From contig CAZQQD010000001.1 in NCBI GenBank assembly GCA_964595355.1, positions 1,638 to 65,637 of the forward strand: a DNA stretch of 64,000 nt, read 5' to 3'. Shown here piece by piece: positions 30,699 to 41,795 of this stretch (positions within the stretch are counted from its first letter, which is position 1; the number at the start of each line of letters is the position of its first letter). The notes under the pieces were generated by a model that saw nothing but the letters and a program-made list of their open reading frames with translations, was not told the origin of the DNA and made no database searches. A program made the translations under genes and the position numbers. The stretch is from an uncultured Ignavibacteriaceae bacterium (GTDB lineage: Bacteria; Bacteroidota; Ignavibacteria; Ignavibacteriales; Ignavibacteriaceae).

Positions 30699-31917
30699 TT
30701 ATAAAGTACAGGATAAATTTGACTTTGGACTTTTCATTCCTCTGATGCTACTCCTTTGCCTGGGGTTTGCTGCAATTTACAGCTCGACCATAAATAATCC
30801 ACTTGCATCAGGAAATTTCGAAAAACAAATAATATTTGCTTCCGTAGCTTTGATAATCTTTTTTATTACTTACTCATTACCTACAAATACATTTAGGACA
30901 ATAGCAATTCCAACTTATCTTCTTTCCATTTTATTTCTTATTGTAGTAGTTTTATTCGGTAGAAAGATTGCTGGACAAAAAAGTTGGTTAATTATTGGCT
31001 CGCTTGGGTTTCAGCCGTCTGAGTTCGCAAAAATTGGAATGATATTCGGAGTATCTTATTTTTTAAGTAAAAGAAATACCGATATCGAATCTTTTAAGGA
31101 TATTTTATATACACTTGCTATTGGTTTATTCCCGGTTTTATTAATATTAATTGAACCAGATATGGGTACCTCTCTGGTCTTTTTCGGAACAATAATAGTA
31201 TTAATTTACTGGAAAGGAATAAGTTTGTTCGGCTTGTTTGTTGTTTTATCTCCGGCAATAGTTGCTATTGCATCGGCGTTTGGTTTAATGTATTTCATTA
31301 TAATGCTTGCATTGGTTGCAGTTGTATTATTTTTGTTTAAACGCGATATATTTTTCAGTGGATCAATATTTGCAATTAATCTTGGGGCCGGACTTTTTGC
31401 CAATTATGTTTTTAAAGCGTTAAGTGAACATCAGCAAAATCGAATCCGTTCTTTTGTTAATCCTTATGCGGACCCGCTCGGAACCGGATATAATTCAATA
31501 CAAGCTAAGGTTGCTATCGGCTCAGGAGGATTTTTGGGTAAAGGGTTTTTAAATGGGCACCAAACACAATTACAATTTATACCTGAACAATGGACTGATT
31601 TTATTTATTGTGTAATTGGTGAAGAATTTGGATTTATAGGCAGTGTATTTACATTAGTTCTGTTTTTAATTCTTTTCTTTAGGATATTCAAAATAGCAAC
31701 ATCAACTAAAGATGAATTTCTTAGTCTGACTTTAATTGGAATACTAGCAGTATATTTTATACACCTTTTCGTAAATATTGGAATGACTGTAGGTGTTATG
31801 CCGGTGATAGGTATTCCTTTACCTTTTGTTAGTTATGGTGGTAGCTCTTTACTTGTAAATATGTTCATGCTCGGAATTGTAGCAAATGTTTACAGGACCA
31901 GAAGAAATTATATTTAA
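30688..31917 (+). CDS. rodA: SEDS glycosyltransferase RodA
   Basis: 409 aa with FQPSEFAKI, EPDMGT and PLPFVSYGGSS. It overlaps mrdA by 11 nt. Confidence 0.9.
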   Translation: MRIDYKVQDKFDFGLFIPLMLLLCLGFAAIYSSTINNPLASGNFEKQIIFASVALIIFFITYSLPTNTFRTIAIPTYLLSILFLIVVVLFGRKIAGQKSWLIIGSLGFQPSEFAKIGMIFGVSYFLSKRNTDIESFKDILYTLAIGLFPVLLILIEPDMGTSLVFFGTIIVLIYWKGISLFGLFVVLSPAIVAIASAFGLMYFIIMLALVAVVLFLFKRDIFFSGSIFAINLGAGLFANYVFKALSEHQQNRIRSFVNPYADPLGTGYNSIQAKVAIGSGGFLGKGFLNGHQTQLQFIPEQWTDFIYCVIGEEFGFIGSVFTLVLFLILFFRIFKIATSTKDEFLSLTLIGILAVYFIHLFVNIGMTVGVMPVIGIPLPFVSYGGSSLLVNMFMLGIVANVYRTRRNYI

Positions 31918-31926
31918 GGAGGTTTA

Positions 31927-32463
31927 TTGATACTTTCGGATACAAAAATTCTTGAAGAAATAAAAAAGAAAAATATTGTTATTGATCCATTTAGAAGAGA
32001 AAATTTGGGAACAAACAGCTATGATGTTCATCTCGGTAAATGGCTTGCAGTTTACGAGGATAAAATTCTTGATGCAAAACAACACAATAAAATAAAAACC
32101 TTTGAAATACAGAACGAAGGGTTCATACTTCAGCCGGCGACTTTATATTTGGGAGTTACAGAAGAATATACAGAGACAAGAAATTTCGTTCCATTTTTGG
32201 AAGGGAAATCCAGTATAGGCCGGTTGGGTATCGATATACATGCGACCGCAGGAAAAGGTGATGCAGGATTTTGTAACACCTGGACTCTGGAAATATCTGT
32301 GAAAATGCCTGTCAAGGTTTATAAGGGAATGCCAATTGGTCAACTGATTTATTTTGAAATGGATGGTTCTGTGGAAGTACCTTACGATAAAAAGCAAAAT
32401 GCCAAATACAACCAAAGAACAAAATTTCCGGTTGAATCAATGATGTACAAAAATTTTAAATGA
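31927..32463 (+). CDS. dcd: dCTP deaminase
   Basis: 178 aa with a TTG start preceded by AAGGAGG. Motifs are NSYDVHLG, GKSSIGRLGI and WTLEI. Confidence 0.85.
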   Translation: MILSDTKILEEIKKKNIVIDPFRRENLGTNSYDVHLGKWLAVYEDKILDAKQHNKIKTFEIQNEGFILQPATLYLGVTEEYTETRNFVPFLEGKSSIGRLGIDIHATAGKGDAGFCNTWTLEISVKMPVKVYKGMPIGQLIYFEMDGSVEVPYDKKQNAKYNQRTKFPVESMMYKNFK

Positions 32464-32464
32464 T

Positions 32465-33277
32465 ATGACAGCTCAGGAAAAACTCACTAAAAAAAACTAT
32501 GAGCAAAAAGTTATTTGCGTTGGGTTGGATTCAGATTTAACTAAAATCCCACCTCATTTACAATCATCAACTAATCCTGTTTTTGAATTTAACAAGGCCA
32601 TTATAGAAAGCACCAGTGAATTTGCTGCTGCTTATAAAATAAATTTTGCGTTCTATGAAAAAGATGGAACGAAGGGATTTGAAGTTATTGAGAAAACAAT
32701 AAGTTTAATTCCTGATGATTTGCTCATAATTGCTGATGCTAAAAGGGGAGATATCGGCAACACCTCAAAAATGTATGCTTCATCAATTTATGACTATTTT
32801 AAATTTGATGCTGTGACAATTCATCCTTATATGGGTTTTGATTCTGTTAGTCCTTTTCTCGAAAAAAAAGGAAAGATCAATTTTGTCCTTGCGTTAACTT
32901 CAAATGAAAGCGCTAAAGATTTTGAAAAACTAAAATTAGAAGATGGTTCATTTCTTTTCCAAGAAGTGATCAGAAAAGTAAATGAATGGAATAATAATAA
33001 AAATTGCGGGATTGTTTTTGGTGCAACTCAAATAGAAGAATTATCTGAAAACATAGACTTATTTGATAACCTTCCGGTTTTACTTCCAGGCATTGGTGTT
33101 CAGGGCGGAAATATTGAAGAGATAATAAAAGTTTTTAAAGCAAATAATCGGTTAAATCTCTTGATTAATAGTAGTAGGGGGATTATATATAAAGATAAAA
33201 GCGATAAATTTGCCGAGTCGGCTAAGAGAGAAGTTATTAGGTTAAATGAGGTAGTAAAAAATATTCTGAAATTGTGA
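32465..33277 (+). CDS. pyrF: orotidine-5'-phosphate decarboxylase (type 2)
   Basis: 270 aa with CVGLDSD, YKINFAFYE and ADAKRGDIGNT. Confidence 0.85.
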   Translation: MTAQEKLTKKNYEQKVICVGLDSDLTKIPPHLQSSTNPVFEFNKAIIESTSEFAAAYKINFAFYEKDGTKGFEVIEKTISLIPDDLLIIADAKRGDIGNTSKMYASSIYDYFKFDAVTIHPYMGFDSVSPFLEKKGKINFVLALTSNESAKDFEKLKLEDGSFLFQEVIRKVNEWNNNKNCGIVFGATQIEELSENIDLFDNLPVLLPGIGVQGGNIEEIIKVFKANNRLNLLINSSRGIIYKDKSDKFAESAKREVIRLNEVVKNILKL

Positions 33278-33753
33278 AAAAAATTTTAGCCATATTGATA
33301 ATTATTCTAGTTGCACTGTTTTTATATATAAGTTTGAATGATGTTGGAAATAAAAAAGACAGTGCCTTAAAGCAGCAAACAAATAAACAAACTACTGATT
33401 CGGAGCTGGTTAAAGCTGAGGAAGAAAATCCTCCGGAAATTCCAGATATTTATGACTTTTCAAAATTAACAATTGATTATAAATTAAAGCCAGTTAAATT
33501 AAATTTACCTGATTCTTTGAAACTGAGTAATTCACAAATTAATATATCGGCCATTATTCCCTCCAGGGTGAGGTTATGTGATCTTTTCCTTTTAGTTAAT
33601 AATAAAAAAAGAGATATGTTTTACCGTGCTAGCAGTGGCCGTTATGTCTTTAAGAATGTGAGCTTAAATAAGGGCAGAAACGAAATTGAAATATTTTATC
33701 GAATAAAAACAAAAAGATCAAAATCAGGATCAAGTATTGTTATTAGAGAATAA
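33274..33753 (+). CDS. hypothetical membrane-anchored protein
   Basis: 159 aa with a single N-terminal TM (MKKILAILIIILVALFLYISL) and a beta-rich remainder. It overlaps the pyrF stop by 4 nt. Confidence 0.5.
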   Translation: MKKILAILIIILVALFLYISLNDVGNKKDSALKQQTNKQTTDSELVKAEEENPPEIPDIYDFSKLTIDYKLKPVKLNLPDSLKLSNSQINISAIIPSRVRLCDLFLLVNNKKRDMFYRASSGRYVFKNVSLNKGRNEIEIFYRIKTKRSKSGSSIVIRE

Positions 33754-33766
33754 TAATAGGATTTAT

Positions 33767-35245
33767 ATGAATTCTCAAAAATTACCCGAAAAATTTCTCT
33801 CAAATATTTGGAAAAACCAATCTAATAATAAACTTTTCACTACCAGCGATGGAAAAAAGATTAGAGTAATTGACCCCGGTAACGAGAACACTCAGATGGA
33901 CGGCCCTGATTTTAAGAATGCAAGAATCAAAATAGGTGACATCACTTTTCTTGGGGATATTGAAATTGACAGTTTCCATTCAGATTGGAGGGCGCATGGG
34001 CATATCTATAATAAAAAATATAACAAAGTAGTTTTGCATGTAATTCTTTCCGAAGACCACAAACATAATTATGTAGTAACAAGAAGCGGCAGGAAAATTC
34101 CAAGTATTGGCTTGGATGCGCTGATTGAACCCGAGGCCAGGAGTTCTATACAAAAAGCAATTCGTGAAGAGAGAGATGAAAGACTTTATAAAATTGCTTG
34201 TTGTGATATATCAGATAACATTGCTGAAAAATTTAAACTTGAATTTATTCAAGATCTCGGAATAGAAAGGTATAGAAAGAAATGTAACAGAATATTACAA
34301 CGACTTAAAGAATTGGTTTACCTTAAAGAGCTGAATGTAAAGGAACCAGTTGTACAATACGAACTTGATGAAAAATTTATTAACAAAACTTTCTCTCACA
34401 CCGATTTTGAAGATACTGAGATATGGGAACAGGTTTTTTATGAGTTTATATTTGAGGCTCTTGGTTATACGAACAATAAAGATATAATGAAAAAAATTGC
34501 TCAATCGATTGATATAAAATTCCTAAAGAAATATTCCCAAAATGATAATTTTGAGGAAATTCTTGAAGCAGCCTTTTTTAATATTGGTGGGATAGTACCG
34601 GAAAGAATTAAATATAATGATGAAACTACTACAGAATATGTTAGGAAATTAACTGAAAATTGGGAATCGATTAAAAAAGATTATGACAGTAAGCTGTTTA
34701 AAAATAGTCAATGGAATTTTGCTAAGTTGAGACCTCCGAACTTTCCAACAATCAGAATTGCTGGCGGTATTAGATTATTAAAAAAAATATTAATTGATGA
34801 TTTAATAAAGAATTTACTCCTTCAATGTGAAGAACAAACTGATATTAAAAAAATTGCAGGATTTATGAGAGACCAGGTCGTTGTTAAAGCAGATGGCTAC
34901 TGGCATAATCATTATGTGTTTGATGGTAAACAAATAACAACCATTAACTATTTTATTGGCGTTTCAAGAGCAGATGATATAGTAATTAATGTAATTTTCC
35001 CTTTTTGTTCTGTCTATTTTGAAATATTTGGTAAAAAAGAAATAACAAATAGAATATTCAAATTTTATTTGAGTTATCTTCAGAAAAGTGAAAGCAGATT
35101 GGTTAATAATATATCCAGATCTTTATCAGTAGAAAGGAAGCAGAAAATTAGCGTTTATCATCAGGGGATTATAAATCTTTATAGAAATTATTGCTCGCAA
35201 AGTAAGTGTTTAAATTGTGAGATTGGTAAGAGGGTGTTTAATTAG
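33767..35245 (+). CDS. DUF2851-family protein
   Basis: N-terminus LPEKFLSNIWKNQ, an IEIDSFHSDWRAHGH motif and a C-terminal Cys pair (CLNCEIG), as I remember for DUF2851. I prefer ATG 33767 to the track start at 33737, which overlaps the previous gene. Confidence 0.6.
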   Translation: MNSQKLPEKFLSNIWKNQSNNKLFTTSDGKKIRVIDPGNENTQMDGPDFKNARIKIGDITFLGDIEIDSFHSDWRAHGHIYNKKYNKVVLHVILSEDHKHNYVVTRSGRKIPSIGLDALIEPEARSSIQKAIREERDERLYKIACCDISDNIAEKFKLEFIQDLGIERYRKKCNRILQRLKELVYLKELNVKEPVVQYELDEKFINKTFSHTDFEDTEIWEQVFYEFIFEALGYTNNKDIMKKIAQSIDIKFLKKYSQNDNFEEILEAAFFNIGGIVPERIKYNDETTTEYVRKLTENWESIKKDYDSKLFKNSQWNFAKLRPPNFPTIRIAGGIRLLKKILIDDLIKNLLLQCEEQTDIKKIAGFMRDQVVVKADGYWHNHYVFDGKQITTINYFIGVSRADDIVINVIFPFCSVYFEIFGKKEITNRIFKFYLSYLQKSESRLVNNISRSLSVERKQKISVYHQGIINLYRNYCSQSKCLNCEIGKRVFN

Positions 35246-35820
35246 TTATTGTTAGCTAATCTTTGTATGTCATCTCTTAATTTTGCAGCCCTTTCATATT
35301 CTTCTGATTCAATTGCTTCTCTTAACTTGGACTGTAGAGCAGCAATTTTAGCTTCTTTAGTATTTGGGACCTGTTCTCTTTCTTTACTATCTTTAGATTT
35401 TTCTGATTCTTCTGTAGGTATAAAGGCAGCTGCGTCCATAACTGATTCAGCAACATAAATAGGAGACTGAGCTCTTACTGCCAAAGCTATTGCATCACTT
35501 GGTCGTGCGTCAATCTCATTAGTAAGTGTAGACATTTCAAGTATTATTTTGGCATAAAATGTGTTTTCGCGAAGTTCGTCAATTAAAACTTCACTTACGG
35601 ATGCGCCTACATTGTCAAGAAAATTTTTTAACAGATCGTGAGTTAAAGGACGTGGAGGTTTTATTCCTTCAATTTCAAGAGCAATGGCCTGGGCTTCAAA
35701 TGCTCCAATAATTATAGGAAGCCTTCGACTGCCGTTCATTTCTTTTAGGAGAATTGCATAAGCTCCTCCTGTTGACGGACTGGAAGAAAGGCCTAATATT
35801 TCGCATTGAATTTTATTCAA
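35242..35820 (-). CDS. bifunctional nuclease family protein (DUF151/BFN) with C-terminal UVR motif
   Basis: 192 aa with LPIIIGAFEAQAIALEIEG, RPLTHDL, ARPSDAIALA and a C-terminal EEYERAAKLRDDI UvrB/C-like helix. Confidence 0.7.
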   Translation of the reverse strand: MNKIQCEILGLSSSPSTGGAYAILLKEMNGSRRLPIIIGAFEAQAIALEIEGIKPPRPLTHDLLKNFLDNVGASVSEVLIDELRENTFYAKIILEMSTLTNEIDARPSDAIALAVRAQSPIYVAESVMDAAAFIPTEESEKSKDSKEREQVPNTKEAKIAALQSKLREAIESEEYERAAKLRDDIQRLANNN

Positions 35821-35838
35821 CTTATTCTGCCTAACCCT

Positions 35839-36807
35839 TTATCCTTTAATCTTTTTGATTTCTTTAGTTAATTCAGGCAAAATTTCGAAAACGTCGCCTG
35901 CAATACCATAATCAGCTACACCGAAGATCGGGGCTTCCTTATCTTTGTTGATAGCAACAATATACTTTGAAGATGACATCCCGGCCAAATGTTGGATGGC
36001 TCCGGAAATGCCACACGCTATATAAAGCGAAGGAGAGACAGTTTTTCCGGTTTGTCCAACCTGTTCCCTATGAGGTCTCCACCCAGCATCAACCACTGCT
36101 CTTGACGCGCCTACAGCTGCTCCTAAGGCATCTGCCAGTTCTTCCACTAGTTTAAAGTTTTCCGGGGCCTTCAATCCTCGTCCACCTGAAACAATTATAT
36201 CAGCTTCTGCAACGTCCATCTTACCTTCAGATTTTTTGATTTTCGTTACTTTAGTAGAAAGATCAGGAGAGGCTACATCTTTAGTGATTAAGTTTAGATT
36301 CACACCACTAACTTCAATTGGTTTAAAAACATTGGGACGAAGTGTTATTACTTTTATTTCACTTTTAGGTTTCAAATCCATTAAAGCTTTTCCTGCATAA
36401 ATCGGGCGCGTTGCAACAACACTTCCGTTTGATGCTTTAATACCCACGCAATCAATGAGACAACCTGCATTTAATTTTACAGCTACTCTCGGAGCCAGGT
36501 CTTTGCCTAATGCTGTATCTGAGAATAAAATGTATTCGGCATCAATTTCTTTTGCAAACTCTGTTACAGCATCTCCATATGCAGTGGATGAGTAATTTCC
36601 GAGTTCAGCATTTTTAAAATGTGTTACATCAGCAACACCATATTTTGAAATTTCATTAAGGTTTTCAATTTCACTTCCTACAACAACTGCTTTTGCTTCA
36701 AGTCCCAGATCTTTTGAGAGACCTGCTACTACTGTAAGAACTTCAAATGCTGATTTTTTTAGTTTATTTTCCCGTTGTTCTAATACTGCTAAAATAGTTT
36801 TTGACAT
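35839..36807 (-). CDS. etfA: electron transfer flavoprotein subunit alpha
   Basis: 322 aa with [17 protein letters not shown] and [16 protein letters not shown]. Confidence 0.9.
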   Translation of the reverse strand: MSKTILAVLEQRENKLKKSAFEVLTVVAGLSKDLGLEAKAVVVGSEIENLNEISKYGVADVTHFKNAELGNYSSTAYGDAVTEFAKEIDAEYILFSDTALGKDLAPRVAVKLNAGCLIDCVGIKASNGSVVATRPIYAGKALMDLKPKSEIKVITLRPNVFKPIEVSGVNLNLITKDVASPDLSTKVTKIKKSEGKMDVAEADIIVSGGRGLKAPENFKLVEELADALGAAVGASRAVVDAGWRPHREQVGQTGKTVSPSLYIACGISGAIQHLAGMSSSKYIVAINKDKEAPIFGVADYGIAGDVFEILPELTKEIKKIKG

Positions 36808-36821
36808 AATTTAGAAATTCC

Positions 36822-37577
36822 TTAAATAACTTTTGCTTCTTCTCTTAATAGTTTTACTAATTCAGGTACTGCGGAACTATCAGTACCGAGTATTCTCCCC
36901 GGTTTTTTGGGTTCCGGTAATTTAAGTTTTATAACTTCAGTAAGATTATCCGAAACAGCTGCTGGTTTTTCTTCAATAGTTTTCTTTTTGGCAGCCATAA
37001 TTCCTTTCAGCGAGGCATATCTTGGTTCGTTAAGGCCTTTCTGTGCTGTTATTACGGCTGGTAATTTTGCTTCTACAACTTCTTTACCACCTTCAATTTC
37101 TCTTTCAGCAATAACCTTATCTCCTTCGATTTTTAAGTCAACAACAACTGCAACACAAGAATAACCTAACATTGTTGCTGCCATTTGTCCTGTAATAGAA
37201 TTATCATAATCTACTGATTGTTTTCCGAAAAATACAAGCTCACATCCAAGAGATTTTATTTCTTCAGATAACGCTTTTGCAATACCGAATGAATCTCTAT
37301 TATTTTCGTCTTTTAATAAGATACCTTTATCGGCCCCCAGTGCAAGAGCTTTTCTTATGCTTTCTTTGCTGCTGTCATTTCCAACGCTTATGGCAATTAC
37401 CTCGCTATCTCCTCCGAGCTTATCTTTCATTTTCAAAGCTTCCTCAACAGCAAATTCGTCATAAGGATTTATTATATATGTTACACCATTTGGATCAATG
37501 GCTTTTTCATCCTGTCCAACTTTAACCTTTGTTGCAGTGTCCGGAACGTGGCTCACACATACTGCTATTTTCATCAA
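36822..37577 (-). CDS. etfB: electron transfer flavoprotein subunit beta
   Basis: 251 aa with MKIAVCVSHVPDT, INPYDEFAVEEAL and FGKQSVDYDNSITG. Confidence 0.9.
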   Translation of the reverse strand: MMKIAVCVSHVPDTATKVKVGQDEKAIDPNGVTYIINPYDEFAVEEALKMKDKLGGDSEVIAISVGNDSSKESIRKALALGADKGILLKDENNRDSFGIAKALSEEIKSLGCELVFFGKQSVDYDNSITGQMAATMLGYSCVAVVVDLKIEGDKVIAEREIEGGKEVVEAKLPAVITAQKGLNEPRYASLKGIMAAKKKTIEEKPAAVSDNLTEVIKLKLPEPKKPGRILGTDSSAVPELVKLLREEAKVI

Positions 37578-37749
37578 TCCTCCAAAAAATCATTTATTTT
37601 TATCAAAAATAACCATTAATTTCTATAGATTCAATTAATCTTTGTTTTTGAAAGGTCTGAGATTGATATCTTTGCTGTGGACGAGGAACTAAGAAAGATA
37701 ATTGAATTATAAACTTTATCTTTTTTTAATATTTATTTATGTTAGCGAT

Positions 37750-38052
37750 ATGGAAGAGTTCACTGAAGAGTTACAAAAATCTACTCCTGAAATTGATGTC
37801 CTTACAGAGGAAACTACAAGCACAGGGCTAGAAAGCAAGGTTGTACTTTACAATGATGACTGGCATACGTTCGACGAAGTAATTACTCAGTTGATTAAAG
37901 CGGTCCACTGCTCATTTGAAAAGGCCAGAGCACATGCGTTTGAAGTTCACATTAAAGGAAAATCGATAGTATTTGCAGGACAATTAAAAGAATGCTTAAA
38001 GGTTTCTGGCATATTGGAGGAAATTGCCCTGACAACAGAAATTGTAACATAA
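37750..38052 (+). CDS. clpS: ATP-dependent Clp protease adaptor ClpS
   Basis: [22 protein letters not shown]...[17 protein letters not shown] 37750 gives the usual length of about 100 aa. The track start at 37702 adds an implausible hydrophobic leader. Confidence 0.8.
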   Translation: MEEFTEELQKSTPEIDVLTEETTSTGLESKVVLYNDDWHTFDEVITQLIKAVHCSFEKARAHAFEVHIKGKSIVFAGQLKECLKVSGILEEIALTTEIVT

Positions 38053-38174
38053 TAATTCGTTCATAATTCTTTTGAATTTAATTCCTTTTTGCATTATTGC
38101 TTTTACTTTTCGTTGTTTGTCCCTCCGTTTCTATTTATATTTAAAATCTAGATTATATTTTTAAAAGGAAATTT

Positions 38175-40022
38175 GTGGAAAACATTAGAAACGACATAAG
38201 AAATATTGCAATTATTGCTCATGTCGATCATGGTAAGACTACCTTAGTTGATCACATGTTAAAACAAACAGGTGTTTTTAGAGAAAACCAGCACATTGAA
38301 ACAAGAATAATGGATTCAAATGCGCTTGAAAAGGAAAGGGGAATTACAATTCTCGCCAAAAATTTAAGCGTAAATTATGAAGGAGTTAAAATAAATATAG
38401 TTGATACACCCGGACACGCTGACTTTGGAGGAGAAGTAGAACGGACTCTAAGAATGGTTGATGGGGTTTTGTTGCTTGTTGATGCTGCAGAGGGACCATT
38501 GCCTCAAACAAAATTTGTGCTGAAGAAATCTCTTGACCTTGGTTTGAGGCCAATTGTTGTTATAAATAAAATAGATAGAAAAGATGCCCGACCTGATGAA
38601 GTACTCAATGAAGTTTTTGACCTTTTTGTTTCGCTTGGAGCATCAGAAGAGCAATTAGATTTTCCATATGTATGGACAATTGCAAAACAAGGAATTTCCA
38701 AACTAAAATTGGAAGATGAAGGGAAAAATCTTTTTCCTTTATTCGATGTAATATTGAAATCAGTTCCACCACCTGAAAACGATATTGAAGCTTCCTTTCA
38801 GATGCTTATTTCCGCGATTGATTATAACGATTACCTTGGGAGAATAGGAATTGGCAGAATCCACGCAGGAAAAGTGAAAATGGGAGATAATATTGTTCTC
38901 ATTTCGCGTGAAGGAAATAAATCAAATGCTAAGATTACGAAACTTTATATTTATAAGGATTTTCACCGTGTAGAGGTAAACGAACTATCAGCAGGTGATA
39001 TTGGTGCAATTGCAGGGCTTGAAGACGTTAATATTGGTGAAACGATCGCAAGCCCGGATAAACCTGAGGGCCTTCCTTTTACTGCTATTGATGAACCAAC
39101 CATAACGATGAATTTTATGGTCAACAATTCTCCTTTTGCAGGACAGGAGGGAAAATATGTTACAACAAGAAATATCAGTGAAAGGCTTTCAAGAGAATTA
39201 AAATCAAATGTAAGTCTTAGTGTTGAGATGACCGATTCACCTGACAGCTTTAAAGTCAGTGGAAGAGGTGAACTTCATTTGGCAATACTAATTGAAAATA
39301 TGAGAAGAGAGGGATACGAATTACAATTAAGCAAACCACAAGTAATATTTAAAAGAAAACTCGATGTTCTTTGTGAACCAATTGAACACGTTATTATTGA
39401 TGTGCCTGAGGAATTTGTTGGTGTTGTAATTGAGAAGCTGGGGAAAAGAAAAGGCGAAATGAAAAATATGGTGACATTTAATGAAAACACAAGAATCGAA
39501 TTTCTAATTCCTTCAAGAGGTTTGATAGGTTACAGGGCAGAATTTATGACTGATACTAAAGGTACAGGAATTCTTCATCATAATTTTGAATCTTATGAAC
39601 CTTATAAAGGAGACATTCAACAAAGACAACGTGGTGCATTGGTCTGTATGGAAGCTGGAATTGCCTCTTCTTATGCGATGTTTAAATTACAGGAACGTGC
39701 AGTATTTTTTATAGAAAATGGTACAAGAGTTTATGAAGGTATGGTAGTTGGAGAAAACTCGCGTGAAAACGATATGAGAGTTAATGTAACAAAAACAAAA
39801 CAACTTACAAATATGCGCGCATCAGGTGCCGATGAGGCTATTCGTTTGGAACCGCCAACCATAATGACTCTTGAACAGGCAATTGAATGGATAACCGACG
39901 ACGAATATGTTGAAGTTACACCGGAAAATATTAGAATCCGGAAAAAATATTTAACAGAAATGGATAAGAAAAGTGCTAAGCTTGCTGCAAAGCAGAAAGT
40001 GTCGGTGCAAGCAATTTCTTAA
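38175..40022 (+). CDS. typA: translational GTPase TypA/BipA
   Basis: 615 aa with a GTG start, [25 protein letters not shown] and NKIDR. Confidence 0.95.
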   Translation: MENIRNDIRNIAIIAHVDHGKTTLVDHMLKQTGVFRENQHIETRIMDSNALEKERGITILAKNLSVNYEGVKINIVDTPGHADFGGEVERTLRMVDGVLLLVDAAEGPLPQTKFVLKKSLDLGLRPIVVINKIDRKDARPDEVLNEVFDLFVSLGASEEQLDFPYVWTIAKQGISKLKLEDEGKNLFPLFDVILKSVPPPENDIEASFQMLISAIDYNDYLGRIGIGRIHAGKVKMGDNIVLISREGNKSNAKITKLYIYKDFHRVEVNELSAGDIGAIAGLEDVNIGETIASPDKPEGLPFTAIDEPTITMNFMVNNSPFAGQEGKYVTTRNISERLSRELKSNVSLSVEMTDSPDSFKVSGRGELHLAILIENMRREGYELQLSKPQVIFKRKLDVLCEPIEHVIIDVPEEFVGVVIEKLGKRKGEMKNMVTFNENTRIEFLIPSRGLIGYRAEFMTDTKGTGILHHNFESYEPYKGDIQQRQRGALVCMEAGIASSYAMFKLQERAVFFIENGTRVYEGMVVGENSRENDMRVNVTKTKQLTNMRASGADEAIRLEPPTIMTLEQAIEWITDDEYVEVTPENIRIRKKYLTEMDKKSAKLAAKQKVSVQAIS

Positions 40023-40064
40023 AATAATTATTGCGGGGAATACTAACAAAAAAGAGGTGAATAT

Positions 40065-41531
40065 ATGTCTGATAATGCTTTACAAGGGTTAAAACCTGAA
40101 ATTCTATGGCAGAGATTTTATGAAATTTCTCAGATACCCAGGCCTTCTAAAAAAGAAGAAAAAATTCTTTCATACTTAAAAAATTTTATAGGGGATTTGA
40201 ACCTGCAATATAAACAGGATAAAAGAGGCAGCATTGTAATTAATGTGCCCGCTACCCCAAGTTATGAAAATTCACCAACTGTTGTTTTGCAGGGACATGT
40301 AGACATGGTATGCGAAAAAAATAAAGTGACTAAACATGATTTTGAAAATGATCCTATCAAATTAATTAGACAGGATGGGTGGGTAACAGCAGATGGTACA
40401 ACACTAGGAAGTGATAATGGAATTGGTGTTGCAGCTGCTCTCGCAGTAATTACAGATAAAGATGTTGTACATGGACCGCTTGAAATTCTTTTAACTGTGG
40501 ATGAAGAAACCGGGCTAACAGGTGCAACTGATCTTAAAAAAGGAATGATAAGTGGTAAAATCCTTCTTAATATGGATTCTGAAGAAGATGGTGCATTTTA
40601 TGTCGGCTGTTCAGGAGGAATTGATACTATAGCTGAATTTAAACTAGAATTAACAGTACCGCCAAAAAATATGGAAACTTATGAACTGCTAATTACAGGC
40701 CTTAGAGGTGGACACTCTGGTCTGGATATACACACAGGACGAGCCAATGCAATAAAATTGGTGGGTAGAGCATTGAGCCGGTTAGAACCATTAAGTTATT
40801 CGATAGCAAGTCTGGATGGTGGAAGTCTACGGAATGCAATACCCAGGGAAACTGAAGCCACCATACTAATCAAAAAGTCAGATGTTGGTAAAGCAAAAAG
40901 AATAATTAAGAATTTTGAGTCACTGGTTCAAAATGAATTTAAAATTTCAGACAGCGAAATTAAAATTGAATTTAAAAAGATAAAAAGACCCGTAAAAAAA
41001 GTCTTTAAAAAATCTTTTGGTGCTAAAATTGTAAATACTCTGTTATCTTTGCCTAATGGTATTATATCGATTAGTCAGGAATTACCTGATCTTATTGAAA
41101 CCTCTACTAATGTTGCAACAGTGCACACGACTCCCCAAACATTAAAAATTGAGACTAGTCAAAGAAGTTCTATCGATAGTGCAAATCAATACATAGCAAA
41201 GAGCGTTGAGGCAATATTTAAATTGGCAGGTGGAAAGGTTTCTACAACGGACGGCTATCCTGGCTGGACTCCTGACCTTAGTTCAAAGCTACTAAAATTG
41301 TCAAAAGATGTCTTCAGGGGCTTATTTAATAAAGAGCCACAGATAAAGGCTATTCATGCAGGACTTGAATGTGGTATTCTTGAAGGTAAAAATCCCGGGA
41401 TGGATATGATATCTTTTGGTCCAACTATTCAGGGAGCTCATTCTCCAGATGAAAAAGTTAATATTGAAACTGTTGAGAAGTTCTATGATCTTCTGAAAGG
41501 TATTCTTAAGAGACTTGCGACTAGTAATTAA
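40065..41531 (+). CDS. pepD: aminoacyl-histidine dipeptidase (M20C, PepD)
   Basis: 488 aa with LQGHVDMVCEKN, TLGSDNGIGVAA, DEETGLTGA and GLECG. Confidence 0.85.
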   Translation: MSDNALQGLKPEILWQRFYEISQIPRPSKKEEKILSYLKNFIGDLNLQYKQDKRGSIVINVPATPSYENSPTVVLQGHVDMVCEKNKVTKHDFENDPIKLIRQDGWVTADGTTLGSDNGIGVAAALAVITDKDVVHGPLEILLTVDEETGLTGATDLKKGMISGKILLNMDSEEDGAFYVGCSGGIDTIAEFKLELTVPPKNMETYELLITGLRGGHSGLDIHTGRANAIKLVGRALSRLEPLSYSIASLDGGSLRNAIPRETEATILIKKSDVGKAKRIIKNFESLVQNEFKISDSEIKIEFKKIKRPVKKVFKKSFGAKIVNTLLSLPNGIISISQELPDLIETSTNVATVHTTPQTLKIETSQRSSIDSANQYIAKSVEAIFKLAGGKVSTTDGYPGWTPDLSSKLLKLSKDVFRGLFNKEPQIKAIHAGLECGILEGKNPGMDMISFGPTIQGAHSPDEKVNIETVEKFYDLLKGILKRLATSN

Positions 41532-41795
41532 AAGAAGAGATAATTAGCCTAAACTTTTATATTGGCTTTTACAGAGGGGAGGAATTGTTAAATTACAGGT
41601 AACAACTTTATTTTGAAGTTTTCTTTTGCTAATTTATACAAATTCCAGCCTATATAGAGCAATTTTATTTATGCATAAGGTAATGATATACAATTTCGTG
41701 ATGGAAAGTGTATTGTAACGTGTTTTTAACACTTTGATAAGAAGTGACACAAAATTTATATGCAGTAAAAAAATATTTTTCTTTCCATAATTTTT

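Noticed and set aside
24341-35245. An 11-kb co-directional string (purN-purH-mreB-mreC-mreD-mrdA-rodA-dcd-pyrF-hyp-DUF2851) as a possible unusual super-operon
   Set aside because: Tight packing of purH with the mre/mrd elongasome genes is a familiar arrangement in FCB-group genomes. Mixing nucleotide and cell-shape genes is most simply explained by genome compaction, not a new system.
37702-37749. Hydrophobic leader on ClpS ([16 protein letters not shown]). The same kind of over-extension occurs at 50471-50539 (E1 fusion), 33737-33766 (DUF2851), 59213-59230 (HD) and 58658-58675 (hydro-lyase)
   Set aside because: These starts are TTG or upstream ATG codons picked by longest-ORF logic. In-frame ATGs with better spacing or a Shine-Dalgarno give family-typical N-termini.
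41532-41795. 264-nt spacer before the PAS kinase, and 276-nt spacer at 47263-47538, examined for tRNA, tmRNA, RNase P, SRP or 6S RNA or a terminator hairpin
   Set aside because: I could find no cloverleaf-compatible GC-rich segment, no conserved ncRNA core motifs and no convincing stem plus T-run by eye. I cannot exclude a novel sRNA without covariance or expression data, so nothing is reported.
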